DNA of 64,000 bases, from the NCBI GenBank assembly GCA_021776795.1, contig JAJFFC010000007.1, forward strand, positions 4,824-68,823, read 5' to 3'. The DNA is from Planctomycetota bacterium. Its GTDB lineage: Bacteria > Planctomycetota > UBA1135. A program made the position numbers and the translations under genes. Below are positions 1 through 9,462 of the stretch, piece by piece; the stretch's first letter is position 1; every line of letters begins with the position of its first letter. The notes below the pieces were generated by a model that worked only from the letters and a program-made list of their open reading frames with translations, was not told the origin of the DNA and searched no databases.

Positions 1-2
1 CC

Positions 3-443
3 GGCCTGACCGATTCCCCACTCAGCGTGCCCTTGCCACAGCCTGCGGCATTACGCCGCGAAGTGCGCAGTGACCAAAACGGTGCCTTCCGCTTTGCCCT
101 CGGCGATCATCCCCAGGGCACCGGGCACATGTTGTTGACCGCTTCGGCGAAAGGGCGCGAAACGATCCGTCGCGAAGTGCGCACGGTGGGCCAGGAGTTC
201 TCCTTGGTCCTACGCGAAGAAGCCTTGGCGGCAAGCCTGGCGCTGACTCGCAGCGACGGTGGCCCGATTCCGCCGGCAAAGTGGTTGCTCGAAGGGAAGT
301 TCCAAACTTTGGATAATGGCCGCCTCGAAGGATTGCCACAGGGCAACTATCACGTGGTCGTCCGGCGCGGAGACCTCGAGCTATTGCGCCTGCCCGCCTT
401 CGCCGTGGGCGGTCAGGCGGCACTTGATCTAGCGCGCTTCTAG
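3..443 (+). CDS. C-terminal fragment of a probable secreted protein with a CarboxypepD_reg-like beta-sandwich module (5' end outside window)
   Basis: The frame is open from the window edge to the tracked ATG at 27, with a stop at 441-443. Segments such as PQGNYHVVVRRGDLE resemble carboxypeptidase-regulatory-like modules. Weak call. Confidence 0.35.
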   Translation, partial: GLTDSPLSVPLPQPAALRREVRSDQNGAFRFALGDHPQGTGHMLLTASAKGRETIRREVRTVGQEFSLVLREEALAASLALTRSDGGPIPPAKWLLEGKFQTLDNGRLEGLPQGNYHVVVRRGDLELLRLPAFAVGGQAALDLARF

Positions 444-452
444 AATTCGCGC

Positions 453-1988
453 ATGCTGCGCATCCGTCTCGGAGAAGATTTACCGCCCGCAAGCTTCGAA
501 GCTCTTGCTCGCGGAGCCCAAGCCAAGCTGGTTTTGGGGCGTGAGGCACTCGCCCGCGTCAAGCGTGCCCGAGCCACCGTAGAGGCCATCGTCGCGCGTG
601 GCAATCCCGTGTATGGAGTCAATACCGGGTTTGGCGCACTGGCCAAAGAGCGCATTGCTGCCGAAGACACCGGCACCCTGCAGCGCAATTTGTTGCTTTC
701 GCATGCCGTGGGCATGGGCGACGACATGCCAGCTGCCGAGAAGCGTATTGCTCTGCTGTTGCGCATTCATAGCTTGTGTCGTGGGGTGAGCGGGGTGCGC
801 CCGGAAGTGGTGCGCTGGTTCATGACATTATTGGAAAGTGGTTGGCTGCCGCGTGTTCCCGAGAAGGGAAGTGTTGGTGCCTGCGGTGACTTGGCGCCTT
901 TGGCGCACTTGGCCTTGCCCATCGTGGGTGCCGGCGAAATGGTATCTCCCGAAGGCAAGGTGTTGTCGACGGCGCGTGCGCTCAAGAAAATCGGCCTCGA
1001 GCCGATGACCTTGGCGGCGAAAGAAGGTCTGGGCTTGATCAACGGCGTGCAAATCAGCAACGCCATCGGCTTGGTTGCGTTGGCGCGGATGAACAATCTT
1101 TCGGTGACTGCCGACATCGCGGGTGCGCTTTCGGTCGAAGCTTTGATGGGCTCGCATGCGCCCTTCGACCGTCGGGTGGTGGCGGTGCGGAACCACCCGG
1201 GTGCGCAGGCAACCTCGGCCAACTTGCGCCAGTTGTTGCGAAAGTCACAAGTCAAGCGTTCTCATGCCCAATGCGAACGGGTGCAAGACCCCTATAGCTT
1301 CCGCTGTATGCCCCAAGTGCACGGCGCGGCCAAAGATGCGCTTGCACACTTAGCCCAGGTACTGGTGCGCGAGGCCAACAGCGCCACTGATAATCCACTG
1401 ATTTTCCCCGACCGCGGGGATTCGATTTCGGCAGGGAATTTCCATGGCCAACCGATTGCTTTGCCTTTGGATTACGCAGCGAATGCGCTGTGTTCTTGGG
1501 GTAACATCAGTGAGCGCCGCATGTCGACCCTGATTCATCCGGCCATGTCTGGCTTGCCGGCCTTCCTGACTCCGCGTCCTGGTTTGTCGAGCGGCCTGAT
1601 GATCCCGCAAGTGGTGGCCGCAGCGTTGGTCAGCGAGAACAAAGTGTTGGCGCATCCAGCGAGCTCCGACACCGTCACGACTTCGGCCGATCAGGAAGAT
1701 CATGTTTCTATGGCCAACTATGCCGCACGCAAGTTGCGCACTGCCGTCGACAATACCGAACGCGTGTTGGCGATTGAATTACACGCCGCCGCGCAAGGCC
1801 GCGAGTTCCATCGTGAATTGCGAGCAGGCCAAGGCGCCGAAGCCGCGTATCGTTGCTTGCGCCTCAATGTTCCGGCTTTAGTCGACGACCGCTACATGGG
1901 GCCAGAGCTAGATCGCGTTCATGAACTCGTGCGCCTCGGCACGGTGCGTGCTGCGGTGGAACAAGAAGTCGGCAATTTGCGCGTTTAG
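453..1988 (+). CDS. hutH: histidine ammonia-lyase
   Basis: 511-aa ORF with aromatic ammonia-lyase family hallmarks along its full length: NPVYGVNTGFG, the MIO loop GSVGACGDLAPLAH, and SADQEDHVSM. Confidence 0.9.
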   Translation: MLRIRLGEDLPPASFEALARGAQAKLVLGREALARVKRARATVEAIVARGNPVYGVNTGFGALAKERIAAEDTGTLQRNLLLSHAVGMGDDMPAAEKRIALLLRIHSLCRGVSGVRPEVVRWFMTLLESGWLPRVPEKGSVGACGDLAPLAHLALPIVGAGEMVSPEGKVLSTARALKKIGLEPMTLAAKEGLGLINGVQISNAIGLVALARMNNLSVTADIAGALSVEALMGSHAPFDRRVVAVRNHPGAQATSANLRQLLRKSQVKRSHAQCERVQDPYSFRCMPQVHGAAKDALAHLAQVLVREANSATDNPLIFPDRGDSISAGNFHGQPIALPLDYAANALCSWGNISERRMSTLIHPAMSGLPAFLTPRPGLSSGLMIPQVVAAALVSENKVLAHPASSDTVTTSADQEDHVSMANYAARKLRTAVDNTERVLAIELHAAAQGREFHRELRAGQGAEAAYRCLRLNVPALVDDRYMGPELDRVHELVRLGTVRAAVEQEVGNLRV

Positions 1989-2386
1989 AAACCAGTCAAG
2001 TCGCCGGGTTCCCAGAACTCGAGGCGATTGCCATCGGGGTCCTTGGCCCAAAAGAACTTGCCGTAGTCATAGTCTTCGGTGGGTTCACACTCGATGCCGG
2101 CGTTTTCCAAGCGTTCCCGCAAGGCGGAAGCATTCTTAATCCGAAAGTTCATACGGAACTCGCGTCGGCTGTCTCCCAAGGGCTCCTCTGCGGCAAAAAT
2201 ACTGAACACAGTGCCTACCCGAGTTTCGCCGTCGTCGGCATCGAGAGCGAAAAAGGTCAGGCCGTAAGTCTTGCCGGGCGAGTACTCCTCAAATTGGAGG
2301 TCAAAATGCTCGCTGTACCACTTGGCTAGGGCCTCAGCACGATTGCTGTAAATGAAGACACCGCCGAATCCAGTGATAGGGTTCAT
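1985..2386 (-). CDS. VOC (glyoxalase/bleomycin-resistance fold) family protein
   Basis: The internal ATG at 2386 gives a 133-aa product (MNPITGFGGVFIY...AKDPDGNRLEFWEP) typical of VOC proteins. The 5' extension of the tracked ORF to 2536 looks non-coding. There is a 4-nt convergent overlap with the hutH stop. Confidence 0.7.
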   Translation of the reverse strand: MNPITGFGGVFIYSNRAEALAKWYSEHFDLQFEEYSPGKTYGLTFFALDADDGETRVGTVFSIFAAEEPLGDSRREFRMNFRIKNASALRERLENAGIECEPTEDYDYGKFFWAKDPDGNRLEFWEPGDLTGF

Positions 2387-2407
2387 GCCCCAGTCTAGAA
2401 TGGTGCC

Positions 2408-2827
2408 ATGGAAGATGCTGAGCGGCTGGCCCGGGCCTTTGAGCAGGCGGCGATGACCATCTACAGCCAGGCGGCCGAGCAGGCCGACCGTGGCTTTCAA
2501 GATTGGGCCTCGACCTACTTGTGGTTTGCCGAGCATGACCAGCCACGCTTGGTCGAGCTGGAGATGGCGCGTTTAGCCCTGTGGATTCAGCTGGCCGAAG
2601 AAGCTGGTGTTGCGCAAGCACAACTTCCCCAACGCGAAGACCTTGCGCGCAATTGGGAAGAGGCCACCCTTATCTTTGGCTCCGACCCGCGCCCAGGAGA
2701 CGATTCTGGTCTGATGATGTCCAGAGGTGGCGAGCGCCAAGTGTCCGTTGCTAAACAGCTGCATGATCCACGCAGTCCGCTGAACCGCGGCATCGAAGAC
2801 TTCGAGAACTTCCGCTCCCAAGACTAA
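2408..2827 (+). CDS. hypothetical protein, translationally coupled to the downstream CDF transporter
   Basis: Codon third positions are GC-rich in this frame, and the stop TAA abuts the next ATG (TAAATG at 2825-2830). The start is uncertain; an alternative ATG lies at 2453. Confidence 0.4.
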   Translation: MEDAERLARAFEQAAMTIYSQAAEQADRGFQDWASTYLWFAEHDQPRLVELEMARLALWIQLAEEAGVAQAQLPQREDLARNWEEATLIFGSDPRPGDDSGLMMSRGGERQVSVAKQLHDPRSPLNRGIEDFENFRSQD

Positions 2828-3748
2828 ATGGCTGGGCACGATTCCAAAGTCGCGATCTTCGCGGCGCTCGCGGGCAATTTCCTGATTGCCATTACCAAGT
2901 TTGGCGCCTCTGCGTTTACTGGTAGCTCGGCCATGTTCTCCGAGGGTGTGCACTCGATGGTGGACACCGGAAACCAAGGCTTGCTGTTGCTGGGTCTGCA
3001 CCGAGCCAAGAAGCCGGCCAACGAGAAATTTCCCTTTGGTCACGGCAACGAGATCTACTTCTGGAGTTTCATCGTGGCGATTTTGGTGTTCGCTCTCGGC
3101 TCTGGAATCTCGATTTATGAAGGGGTGCATCATTTGCTCCATCCGGTCGAGGTCACCAATGTCCTGGTGAACTATGTGGTGCTGAGTGCGGCGATTGTGT
3201 TTGAGGGAATCGTATGGTTCATCGCCTTGCGTGCCTTCAATCGCCAACGTGGAAAACGCTCGTACATCGAAGCGGTGAGTAAGGCCAAAGACCCCACGCT
3301 GTTTGTCGTGCTGTTTGAAGATTCGGCCGCCTTGGTCGGCCTGTTCATTGCCCTAGTCGGCACTGCCCTAGGCCAAGCCACGGGGTGGCTTTGGGTCGAT
3401 GGCATGTCTTCGATTCTGATTGGTTGCGTCTTAGCGGCAACCGCCTTGTGGTTGGCCAAAGAAACCATGGGGCTTTTGATTGGCGAAGCTGGAACCTCCG
3501 AAACCGTGCACGGGATTCGCCGCCTGACCTCTTCCTATCCACAGGTCATTCGCGTCAATGAAGTGTTGACTTCGCACTTTGGCCCGACGGCCCTGTTGGT
3601 GAATCTGAGTGTGGAGTTTCGCGACGACCTCGAGACCGGTGAGATTGAAGAAACCATTGCGCGGATTGATCTCAGTCTCAAACAGCAGTTCGCAGAGATC
3701 AATCGCGTCTTCATCGAGGCCGAGACCGCGGTCCTAAAAAGCGCTTGA
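2828..3748 (+). CDS. cation diffusion facilitator (CDF) family metal efflux transporter
   Basis: 306 aa with a six-TM-like N-terminal region and CDF signatures (FSEGVHSMVDTGNQ, FEDSAALVG), followed by a cytoplasmic C-terminal domain. Confidence 0.85.
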   Translation: MAGHDSKVAIFAALAGNFLIAITKFGASAFTGSSAMFSEGVHSMVDTGNQGLLLLGLHRAKKPANEKFPFGHGNEIYFWSFIVAILVFALGSGISIYEGVHHLLHPVEVTNVLVNYVVLSAAIVFEGIVWFIALRAFNRQRGKRSYIEAVSKAKDPTLFVVLFEDSAALVGLFIALVGTALGQATGWLWVDGMSSILIGCVLAATALWLAKETMGLLIGEAGTSETVHGIRRLTSSYPQVIRVNEVLTSHFGPTALLVNLSVEFRDDLETGEIEETIARIDLSLKQQFAEINRVFIEAETAVLKSA

Positions 3749-3770
3749 TTTCGGCAAAAATGCCGAAATA

Positions 3771-4460
3771 ATGCGGGGAATGAACGTTCCTCTGCACCTT
3801 GACGCCCATGTCGTCTCCCGCGCCGGCTCCACCGCCGAGGTGGTGCATCGTCGTCTGATTCGGGTCAGTGAAGCGGTCAATGAGCGCTATGGCATCGTGC
3901 TGAAAGAGGCCTGGACCGTGCTCGAAGAGGGCCGACTGCGCGCCGAAGTGCAGTTGGACAGCTGCCCCGCTGGCGCCCTTGACGCCAGTGCCCGCGTGGT
4001 CGAAATGTTGTGCGAGCTCACGCTGCGGCTTACCCCCGTGCGTTGCCGGGTCCTGATGTCGCCAACCGCTCTTCCCTTGTCCAAGCGCACGGCCGCCCTC
4101 CAGCAGGGGGCGAAGGAGCGGCTCTTTTTGAAGGCGAAAGATTTTCCTGGCGATCAGGATCAAATCCTGACCGGAGCCTTCGCTGGTCTCGGCGGCCAAC
4201 TCTGGGACTGGACCGAGCGCCAAGCGCAGTTCGTGCGCGCGGTGCTTCGCGCCGGAGTCGTCGAAGCCACCCCGAGTGGCGAAGAGCTACATTTCGTGCC
4301 TGGCCGCAAGCGTCGCGAAGTTGCTGCAGCCTTTGGAGTCAGTCCTTCGGTGGTCACCGAATGTCTACAAGCCGCTGGGATTGACCGCTTCCGTTACCAA
4401 GTTTGGTCGGCGTCGACCTTGTTGGCTTCGGCCAGAAGCTCTTCGATGAGCGAGGTATAG
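3771..4460 (+). CDS. hypothetical protein with a C-terminal helix-turn-helix-like segment
   Basis: Strong GC3 bias in this frame, unlike the antisense ORF 3711-4223. HTH-like REVAAAFGVSPSVVTECLQAAGI. The 3' end overlaps the convergent redoxin gene by 67 nt. Confidence 0.45.
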   Translation: MRGMNVPLHLDAHVVSRAGSTAEVVHRRLIRVSEAVNERYGIVLKEAWTVLEEGRLRAEVQLDSCPAGALDASARVVEMLCELTLRLTPVRCRVLMSPTALPLSKRTAALQQGAKERLFLKAKDFPGDQDQILTGAFAGLGGQLWDWTERQAQFVRAVLRAGVVEATPSGEELHFVPGRKRREVAAAFGVSPSVVTECLQAAGIDRFRYQVWSASTLLASARSSSMSEV

Positions 4461-5701
4461 CGCTCGCGCAGGCGCAGGTGGGCATCGCCGGTGGCTGGTC
4501 CAGAAAAACCGGAATGGATGGCGCGCACGCGGCCGTGATGGTCGAGGAAGATGGCAGTGGGGAAGGACTTCACCTGCGCCAACAGCGGGAATGCCTTTTG
4601 CGCTTCTTGCTTATTGGCACTTCCGGCCAGGAATAGAGGGTGCTGCAACTTCCAGCGGTCACGAAAGCGTTGCAGCTGTTGTAGGTCGCGGTCTTGATCT
4701 TCGGTGAGCTCAAAGCCTAAGCCAATGATGCGCAATCCCTTCTCCCCATAGGCCTGGTCCAACTCGGCCCACAGCGCAGCTTCATCGTTGCAATTGGGGC
4801 ACCAACTGCCGAATAGGCTAATGATGGTGGCTTTGCCATGAAGCGCGGGGTCGCCAATCGACTGCACTTCGCCATCGAGATTGGGAAAGCGATAGTCCTG
4901 AAGATTCAGTGGGGCCTTAGGGTCGATCCCCGCAGCCAGAGCAATCTCATCGAAGGAGTTGGGGAGCTTGGCTTCGGCATCGGCGCGGGCTTGCCAGGAC
5001 TCGGCCCAAGAGTCTCCAGAGTAAAACAGGCCGCCCCAGGCATGCGTACCTTTGTCGGCGATGAACAAAAAAGCATGTGCGCCATCGAAGCAGGACAGCC
5101 GCCATTCTCTTTGATGACGATAGCCGGCCAAGAACCGGTAGTCGCCAAGAGTGGTCAAAATCGTGCCCTCGACCGCTCCGGAATCGTGTTCTTGAAAGAC
5201 TCCCACCGCCAAGTCTTTGCTGGAGGAGAACTGGATCCAGTAACGCTCGCTAAGTTTGGGAGAGGTATCGGGCGAGCTGGCGGCCTGCTGGGGGGTTGGC
5301 GCAGGGCGCAAAAAACGCGGTGCGGATTCCCCATGGTGGCGCGCATGAAAGCCCATGTCGGCCCATTTGTTGAGGCCGCGGCGTTTGCTCCAACGCCCGT
5401 CCATGGCCTTGCCGTCCATCGAAACCGTGGCCTGCAAGCGCGATTCGTAATGCGCCATCTCCATCACCAACAGGCGAGACTCTTCGTGCCAAGTGACCGT
5501 AGGAATCTCAATCCGCTCGCTGCCGTTATGAATCCAAGCTTGCCAATCGCTTTCTCCCTGTGGGGAATCAGCTTGCTTGAGTTCCAGTTGAAAAGGAAGC
5601 TCACCGCCAGGGCTGTCCAACCAAGCGCGCCACATATCGGTGGCAGGAACTTGTTGGGCACAGGAAAGGACAGAACTCAGAAGGGTGGCGATTAGCATCA
5701 T
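4394..5701 (-). CDS. secreted TlpA/AhpC-TSA-like thiol-disulfide oxidoreductase with a large N-terminal domain
   Basis: N-terminal signal-like segment. The C-terminal thioredoxin fold carries CxxC (LFGSWCPNCNDE) and TlpA-like context (FPTAIFLDHHGRV). Confidence 0.75.
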   Translation of the reverse strand: MMLIATLLSSVLSCAQQVPATDMWRAWLDSPGGELPFQLELKQADSPQGESDWQAWIHNGSERIEIPTVTWHEESRLLVMEMAHYESRLQATVSMDGKAMDGRWSKRRGLNKWADMGFHARHHGESAPRFLRPAPTPQQAASSPDTSPKLSERYWIQFSSSKDLAVGVFQEHDSGAVEGTILTTLGDYRFLAGYRHQREWRLSCFDGAHAFLFIADKGTHAWGGLFYSGDSWAESWQARADAEAKLPNSFDEIALAAGIDPKAPLNLQDYRFPNLDGEVQSIGDPALHGKATIISLFGSWCPNCNDEAALWAELDQAYGEKGLRIIGLGFELTEDQDRDLQQLQRFRDRWKLQHPLFLAGSANKQEAQKAFPLLAQVKSFPTAIFLDHHGRVRAIHSGFSGPATGDAHLRLRERYTSLIEELLAEANKVDADQTW

Positions 5702-5724
5702 GGCCGAATAGGGGCCAGTTTAGC

Positions 5725-6621
5725 TCAACGACGCAGCCATTCCTCAAAGTTGTGCAGATCAGTGAGGACAAACACCCCGTCGATTTGGCGGCGTCGGGCC
5801 ATGCCGCTGCCACCTGCAAGGATCGTGACCGAATCCGCGACCAACTCACGCAAGGAGATGAGATTGGTGTCGGTCATGGGGCCGCCGGTGGAAGAGGACA
5901 CACTGAGAGCGACCGCCGCTTGTGGGTTCTCCTGGGAAGCCGCGACGATTTCTTCCAGTGGTAAATCGACGCCCAATACCAAAGGGTGCTTGCCTTCGAG
6001 GGCGGCCAGTAAAGCAAGCATTTGCAGCCCGAGGCCATGGCGCTCGCCCGAAAAGGTGGCCAGCAACAAATCGCAGGAGCCAGAAGGAGCCTGCGCTTCG
6101 TGGCGCAAAATCTGTAGGCGCGTGGATCGCAGCACATCTTGCAAGGCCTCTGATAATTGGTGCTCTTGGCGGATATCAATTTCCTTGGCCACCCAAGCCT
6201 CGCCGATACGTTGGATCAGCGGCACGATGACTTCGTGCAAGGTGTAGCGAATTCCCTTCTCCCGAATCCAGTGCTCTAGGAGGGGAAGAAGATCGCCGGC
6301 GTGACCGGTCAGCGCAGATTCCACCACTTCCGCCTGCGGGGCCACGCGTTGGCCCCGCTCCTGTTCGAGCTTCTCCTCTATGGCTGCAGCGCCAAGCGGA
6401 AGGAGCTGGCTGGGGCGATAGCCGTAGGCCTGGAGCTCGGCGACCGCGCGCAGCATGGCGACCTGGTCCGCCGGATAACGCCGGTGCCCTGAGGGCAGCC
6501 GCTCTGCACGAGGGGCCCCATAGCGCCGTTCCCAGGCGCGAATGGTGTGGGGGCTCAGGCTCGTGAGGGCGCTGACTTCACCGATGGCAAACATCTCCGC
6601 GGCAGGTTTTTCTGCATCCAT
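5725..6621 (-). CDS. MerR-family regulator with a C-terminal cobalamin-binding domain (CarH/LitR-like, probable light sensor)
   Basis: MerR HTH (IGEVSALTSLSPHTIRAWERRYG...SGHRRY). The B12-binding signature E-x-H-x-x-G (GERHGLG) is followed by LSVSSS and ILAGGSG. I chose the start at ATG 6621 (MDAEKP...); the tracked ORF extends to 6684. Confidence 0.8.
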   Translation of the reverse strand: MDAEKPAAEMFAIGEVSALTSLSPHTIRAWERRYGAPRAERLPSGHRRYPADQVAMLRAVAELQAYGYRPSQLLPLGAAAIEEKLEQERGQRVAPQAEVVESALTGHAGDLLPLLEHWIREKGIRYTLHEVIVPLIQRIGEAWVAKEIDIRQEHQLSEALQDVLRSTRLQILRHEAQAPSGSCDLLLATFSGERHGLGLQMLALLAALEGKHPLVLGVDLPLEEIVAASQENPQAAVALSVSSSTGGPMTDTNLISLRELVADSVTILAGGSGMARRRQIDGVFVLTDLHNFEEWLRR

Positions 6622-6640
6622 GCGCTCATTGTACGCGAAT

Positions 6641-6695
6641 AAATCTAGGAAATCTCGCAAATGTCTAGAAAAATAACTAGACAAAATAGAGAAAA
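6641..6695. promoter_or_regulatory. candidate operator/promoter region: phased CTAG(A/G)AAA-like repeats between the divergent regulator and operon
   Basis: CTAG cores lie at 6645, 6665 and 6677, plus TAGA at 6687, each followed by an A-run. Three of them are spaced ~10-12 bp apart. They sit inside the 91-nt divergent intergenic region 6622-6712. Confidence 0.3.
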
Positions 6696-6712
6696 CCCGT
6701 CATCATTACCCC

Positions 6713-7507
6713 ATGGACCTCCCCTGGAGCCTCGCCTTGCAAGCTCTCGTCGCCCTCGTGGTGCTGATGGCGCTTGCCAATTTTGTTCTCGGCCGCCTCG
6801 AGCGCCGAGGCCATGTCGACCTGCTTTGGGCTGCTGCCATTGGCATTCAGGCGGTTCTCTTTGCCAGCCTCTCCCAGGGCTGGGCCCCGCGCCGCATTGC
6901 GGTCGCCGCACTTGCCGCGTTCTGGGCATTGCGCCTGAGCTGGCACTTGGCGCAACGCTTAGGGAGGGATGGTGAAGACGGCCGCTACCTCGCCATGGAA
7001 CAGGCTGCCGGTGATCGTGCCGGTGTGTTCTTCTTTGGCTTTTTCCAAATGCAGGCTGTCGCGGCATGGGTGTTTGCTCTTCCCTTCTTGGCCCTCAGCC
7101 AAGATCCCACCGAAGCCTGGCGCCCCTTGGAAATCTTGGCGCTCGCTTGGTGGCTGTTGAGTCTCGGTGGCAATTCACTTGCCGACCGCCAGCTCGATCG
7201 CTGGCGCGCCAATCCGGACAACCGCGGCAAAACCTGTCGCGAAGGTCTGTGGGCATGGTCGCGGCACCCCAACTACTTCTTTGAATGGTTGCTGTGGTGT
7301 GCCTACCCGATTGCCGCCTGGGGCACTCCCACCTTTGGCATGGTCCTCGGCATCGCCCTGCTGATGCTGGTCATGATTACCAAAGTTTCCGGCATTCCCT
7401 TTACGGAGCAACAAGCTCTGCGCAGTCGCGGCGAAGACTATCGCCGTTACCAACAACAAACCTCCGCTTTCTTCCCACGCCCACCACGTCATGTCACTCA
7501 CAATTGA
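6713..7507 (+). CDS. DUF1295 / steroid 5-alpha-reductase-like membrane protein
   Basis: Polytopic membrane protein with the family motif WSRHPNYFFEWLLWCAYPI. Confidence 0.75.
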   Translation: MDLPWSLALQALVALVVLMALANFVLGRLERRGHVDLLWAAAIGIQAVLFASLSQGWAPRRIAVAALAAFWALRLSWHLAQRLGRDGEDGRYLAMEQAAGDRAGVFFFGFFQMQAVAAWVFALPFLALSQDPTEAWRPLEILALAWWLLSLGGNSLADRQLDRWRANPDNRGKTCREGLWAWSRHPNYFFEWLLWCAYPIAAWGTPTFGMVLGIALLMLVMITKVSGIPFTEQQALRSRGEDYRRYQQQTSAFFPRPPRHVTHN

Positions 7508-8555
7508 AGCCGCCGAGCGCGCCATCGTTCCCGATTCTGCCATTCGTTGGGGCATCCGCCGCCTGCTGAAGAAACGTCTTTCACGTCTCTACCGCAATGC
7601 ACAGGCGGAGGGCGCTCCAGTCGCTGAGGCTTGGCTTGAAGAGATGCGCCAAAGCCCTCTAGCTTTAGAAACGCAAGCCGCCAACGAGCAGCATTACGAG
7701 GTTCCCGCCGAGTTCTACGCGATCTGCTTGGGCGACCACAAGAAGTACTCCTCGTGCTATTGGGACGAGGGCATGCAGGATTTGACGCAAGCCGAAGCGC
7801 GCATGCTGGAGATCACTTGCGAACGTGCGCAGTTGGCAAATGGTCAGAAAATCCTCGAGCTTGGCTGCGGGTGGGGGAGTTTGAGTTTGTGGATGGCCGA
7901 GCACTATCCGCAAAGTGAAATCTTGGCGGTGTCGAACTCGGCGTCGCAACGAGAGTTCATTGAGGGCGAAGCGCGTCGCAAAGGGTTTGAGAATCTGAGG
8001 GTGCTGACCGTCGACATGAATCGCTTCCAAACGGAAGAGCGCTTTGATCGCGTGGTTTCGGTGGAAATGATTGAGCACATGCGCAACTGGAAAATGCTTC
8101 TCGAGCGCGTGGGTACTTGGCTTAAGCCAGACGGCCGCCTATTCCTGCACCACTTCTCTCATCGTGAGTTCAGCTATCCCTTCGTCGATGAGCAACAAGA
8201 CGATTGGATGGCGCGGCACTTCTTTAGCGGCGGGCTGATGCCCTCGCATGACATGGTGCAGCGTCTGGCTGTGCCTCTGGAAGTCGAATCCTCGTGGGCC
8301 GAATCAGGGACCCACTACGCGAAGACTTCCGAGGCATGGCTTTCTCACTTGGACCAAAACCGTGAAGCTGCTCTGCGAATTCTGCAAGAGGCTGGCTACT
8401 CCACGCGCCAAGACGCCGAGCGCCAGGTCCAACGCTGGCGCATGTTCTTCCTCGCCTGTGCAGAGCTGTTTGCCTTCCGTGAAGGCAGCGAATGGTTGGT
8501 TTCGCACTATCTGCTTCGCCCCAAAGCCAACGTCGACCAAGCGCCGACGAATTGA
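7491..8555 (+). CDS. cyclopropane-fatty-acyl-phospholipid synthase family SAM-dependent methyltransferase (short paralog)
   Basis: CMAS-family layout: HYEVPAEFY, SCYW, and the SAM motif ILELGCGWGSLSLWMAE. Overlaps the upstream gene by 17 nt. Confidence 0.85.
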   Translation: MSLTIEAAERAIVPDSAIRWGIRRLLKKRLSRLYRNAQAEGAPVAEAWLEEMRQSPLALETQAANEQHYEVPAEFYAICLGDHKKYSSCYWDEGMQDLTQAEARMLEITCERAQLANGQKILELGCGWGSLSLWMAEHYPQSEILAVSNSASQREFIEGEARRKGFENLRVLTVDMNRFQTEERFDRVVSVEMIEHMRNWKMLLERVGTWLKPDGRLFLHHFSHREFSYPFVDEQQDDWMARHFFSGGLMPSHDMVQRLAVPLEVESSWAESGTHYAKTSEAWLSHLDQNREAALRILQEAGYSTRQDAERQVQRWRMFFLACAELFAFREGSEWLVSHYLLRPKANVDQAPTN

Positions 8556-8556
8556 G

Positions 8557-9462
8557 ATGAAGCTAGTGGGCCAAGTATTGCGGCTGTGGTTTGACTCCTG
8601 GAAAGCCGAACCGAGCGAAGACGATCGCATCGATTGGGTGCGTGTGTTGCCTTTCGTCGGCATGCACATGGCCTGCTTCGCCGTGCTGTGGGTGGGCGTC
8701 AGCCCCTTTGCCCTCTTGTTTGCCGCCATTCTTTTTGGCCTGCGCATGTTTGCCATCACGGCTTTCTACCACCGCTATTTTTCGCACCGGAGTTTCCAGA
8801 CTTCGCGCCCGGTGCAGTTCTTGTTCGCGGCTTTGGGTGCCAGCGCGGTGCAGCGTGGCCCTTTGTGGTGGGCAGCTCACCACAGACGTCACCATCGCTT
8901 TAGTGATGAAGAGCAAGATGGCCACAGCCCACGCAATGGCTTTTGGAAGAGCCACATGGGTTGGTTTCTGAGCCGTCGCAATTTGCGCACGCGTACCGAA
9001 GAGGTCCCTGACCTCATGAAGTTCCCGGAGCTAGTTTGGCTAGATCGCTTTGATTTAGCGGTTCCCGTGGTATTTGCCGCGATGTGCCTGGGACTAGGCA
9101 TGGCCTTAGAGGCTTGGGCGCCAGGTTTAGGCGTGAGCGGTGGCCAACTTTTGGTATGGGGATTTGTCGTCAGCACCGTGGCGCTCTATCACGCCACCTT
9201 TACCATCAACTCTCTTGCCCATTGTTTCGGCAGTCGTGCCTACGACACCAACGACGATAGTCGCAATAATTTATGGCTCGCGATTCTGACCTTTGGCGAG
9301 GGCTGGCATAACAACCATCACTTCTACCCTGGATCGGTTCGCCAAGGGTTCCGATGGTGGCAGGTAGATCTGAGTTACTACCTGCTGCGTTTGATGGCCT
9401 CCATGCGTTTGGTTTGGAACCTGCGCCCGGTGCCGCGGCGCGTGTTGGAGCAAGGCTCATGA
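8557..9462 (+). CDS. membrane fatty-acid (acyl-CoA/acyl-lipid) desaturase
   Basis: Three His boxes: HRYFSH, HHRRHHRFSD, HNNHH. The start ATG at 8557 lies 1 nt after the upstream stop; the tracked ORF's 5' extension to 8248 overlaps the previous gene. Confidence 0.85.
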   Translation: MKLVGQVLRLWFDSWKAEPSEDDRIDWVRVLPFVGMHMACFAVLWVGVSPFALLFAAILFGLRMFAITAFYHRYFSHRSFQTSRPVQFLFAALGASAVQRGPLWWAAHHRRHHRFSDEEQDGHSPRNGFWKSHMGWFLSRRNLRTRTEEVPDLMKFPELVWLDRFDLAVPVVFAAMCLGLGMALEAWAPGLGVSGGQLLVWGFVVSTVALYHATFTINSLAHCFGSRAYDTNDDSRNNLWLAILTFGEGWHNNHHFYPGSVRQGFRWWQVDLSYYLLRLMASMRLVWNLRPVPRRVLEQGS

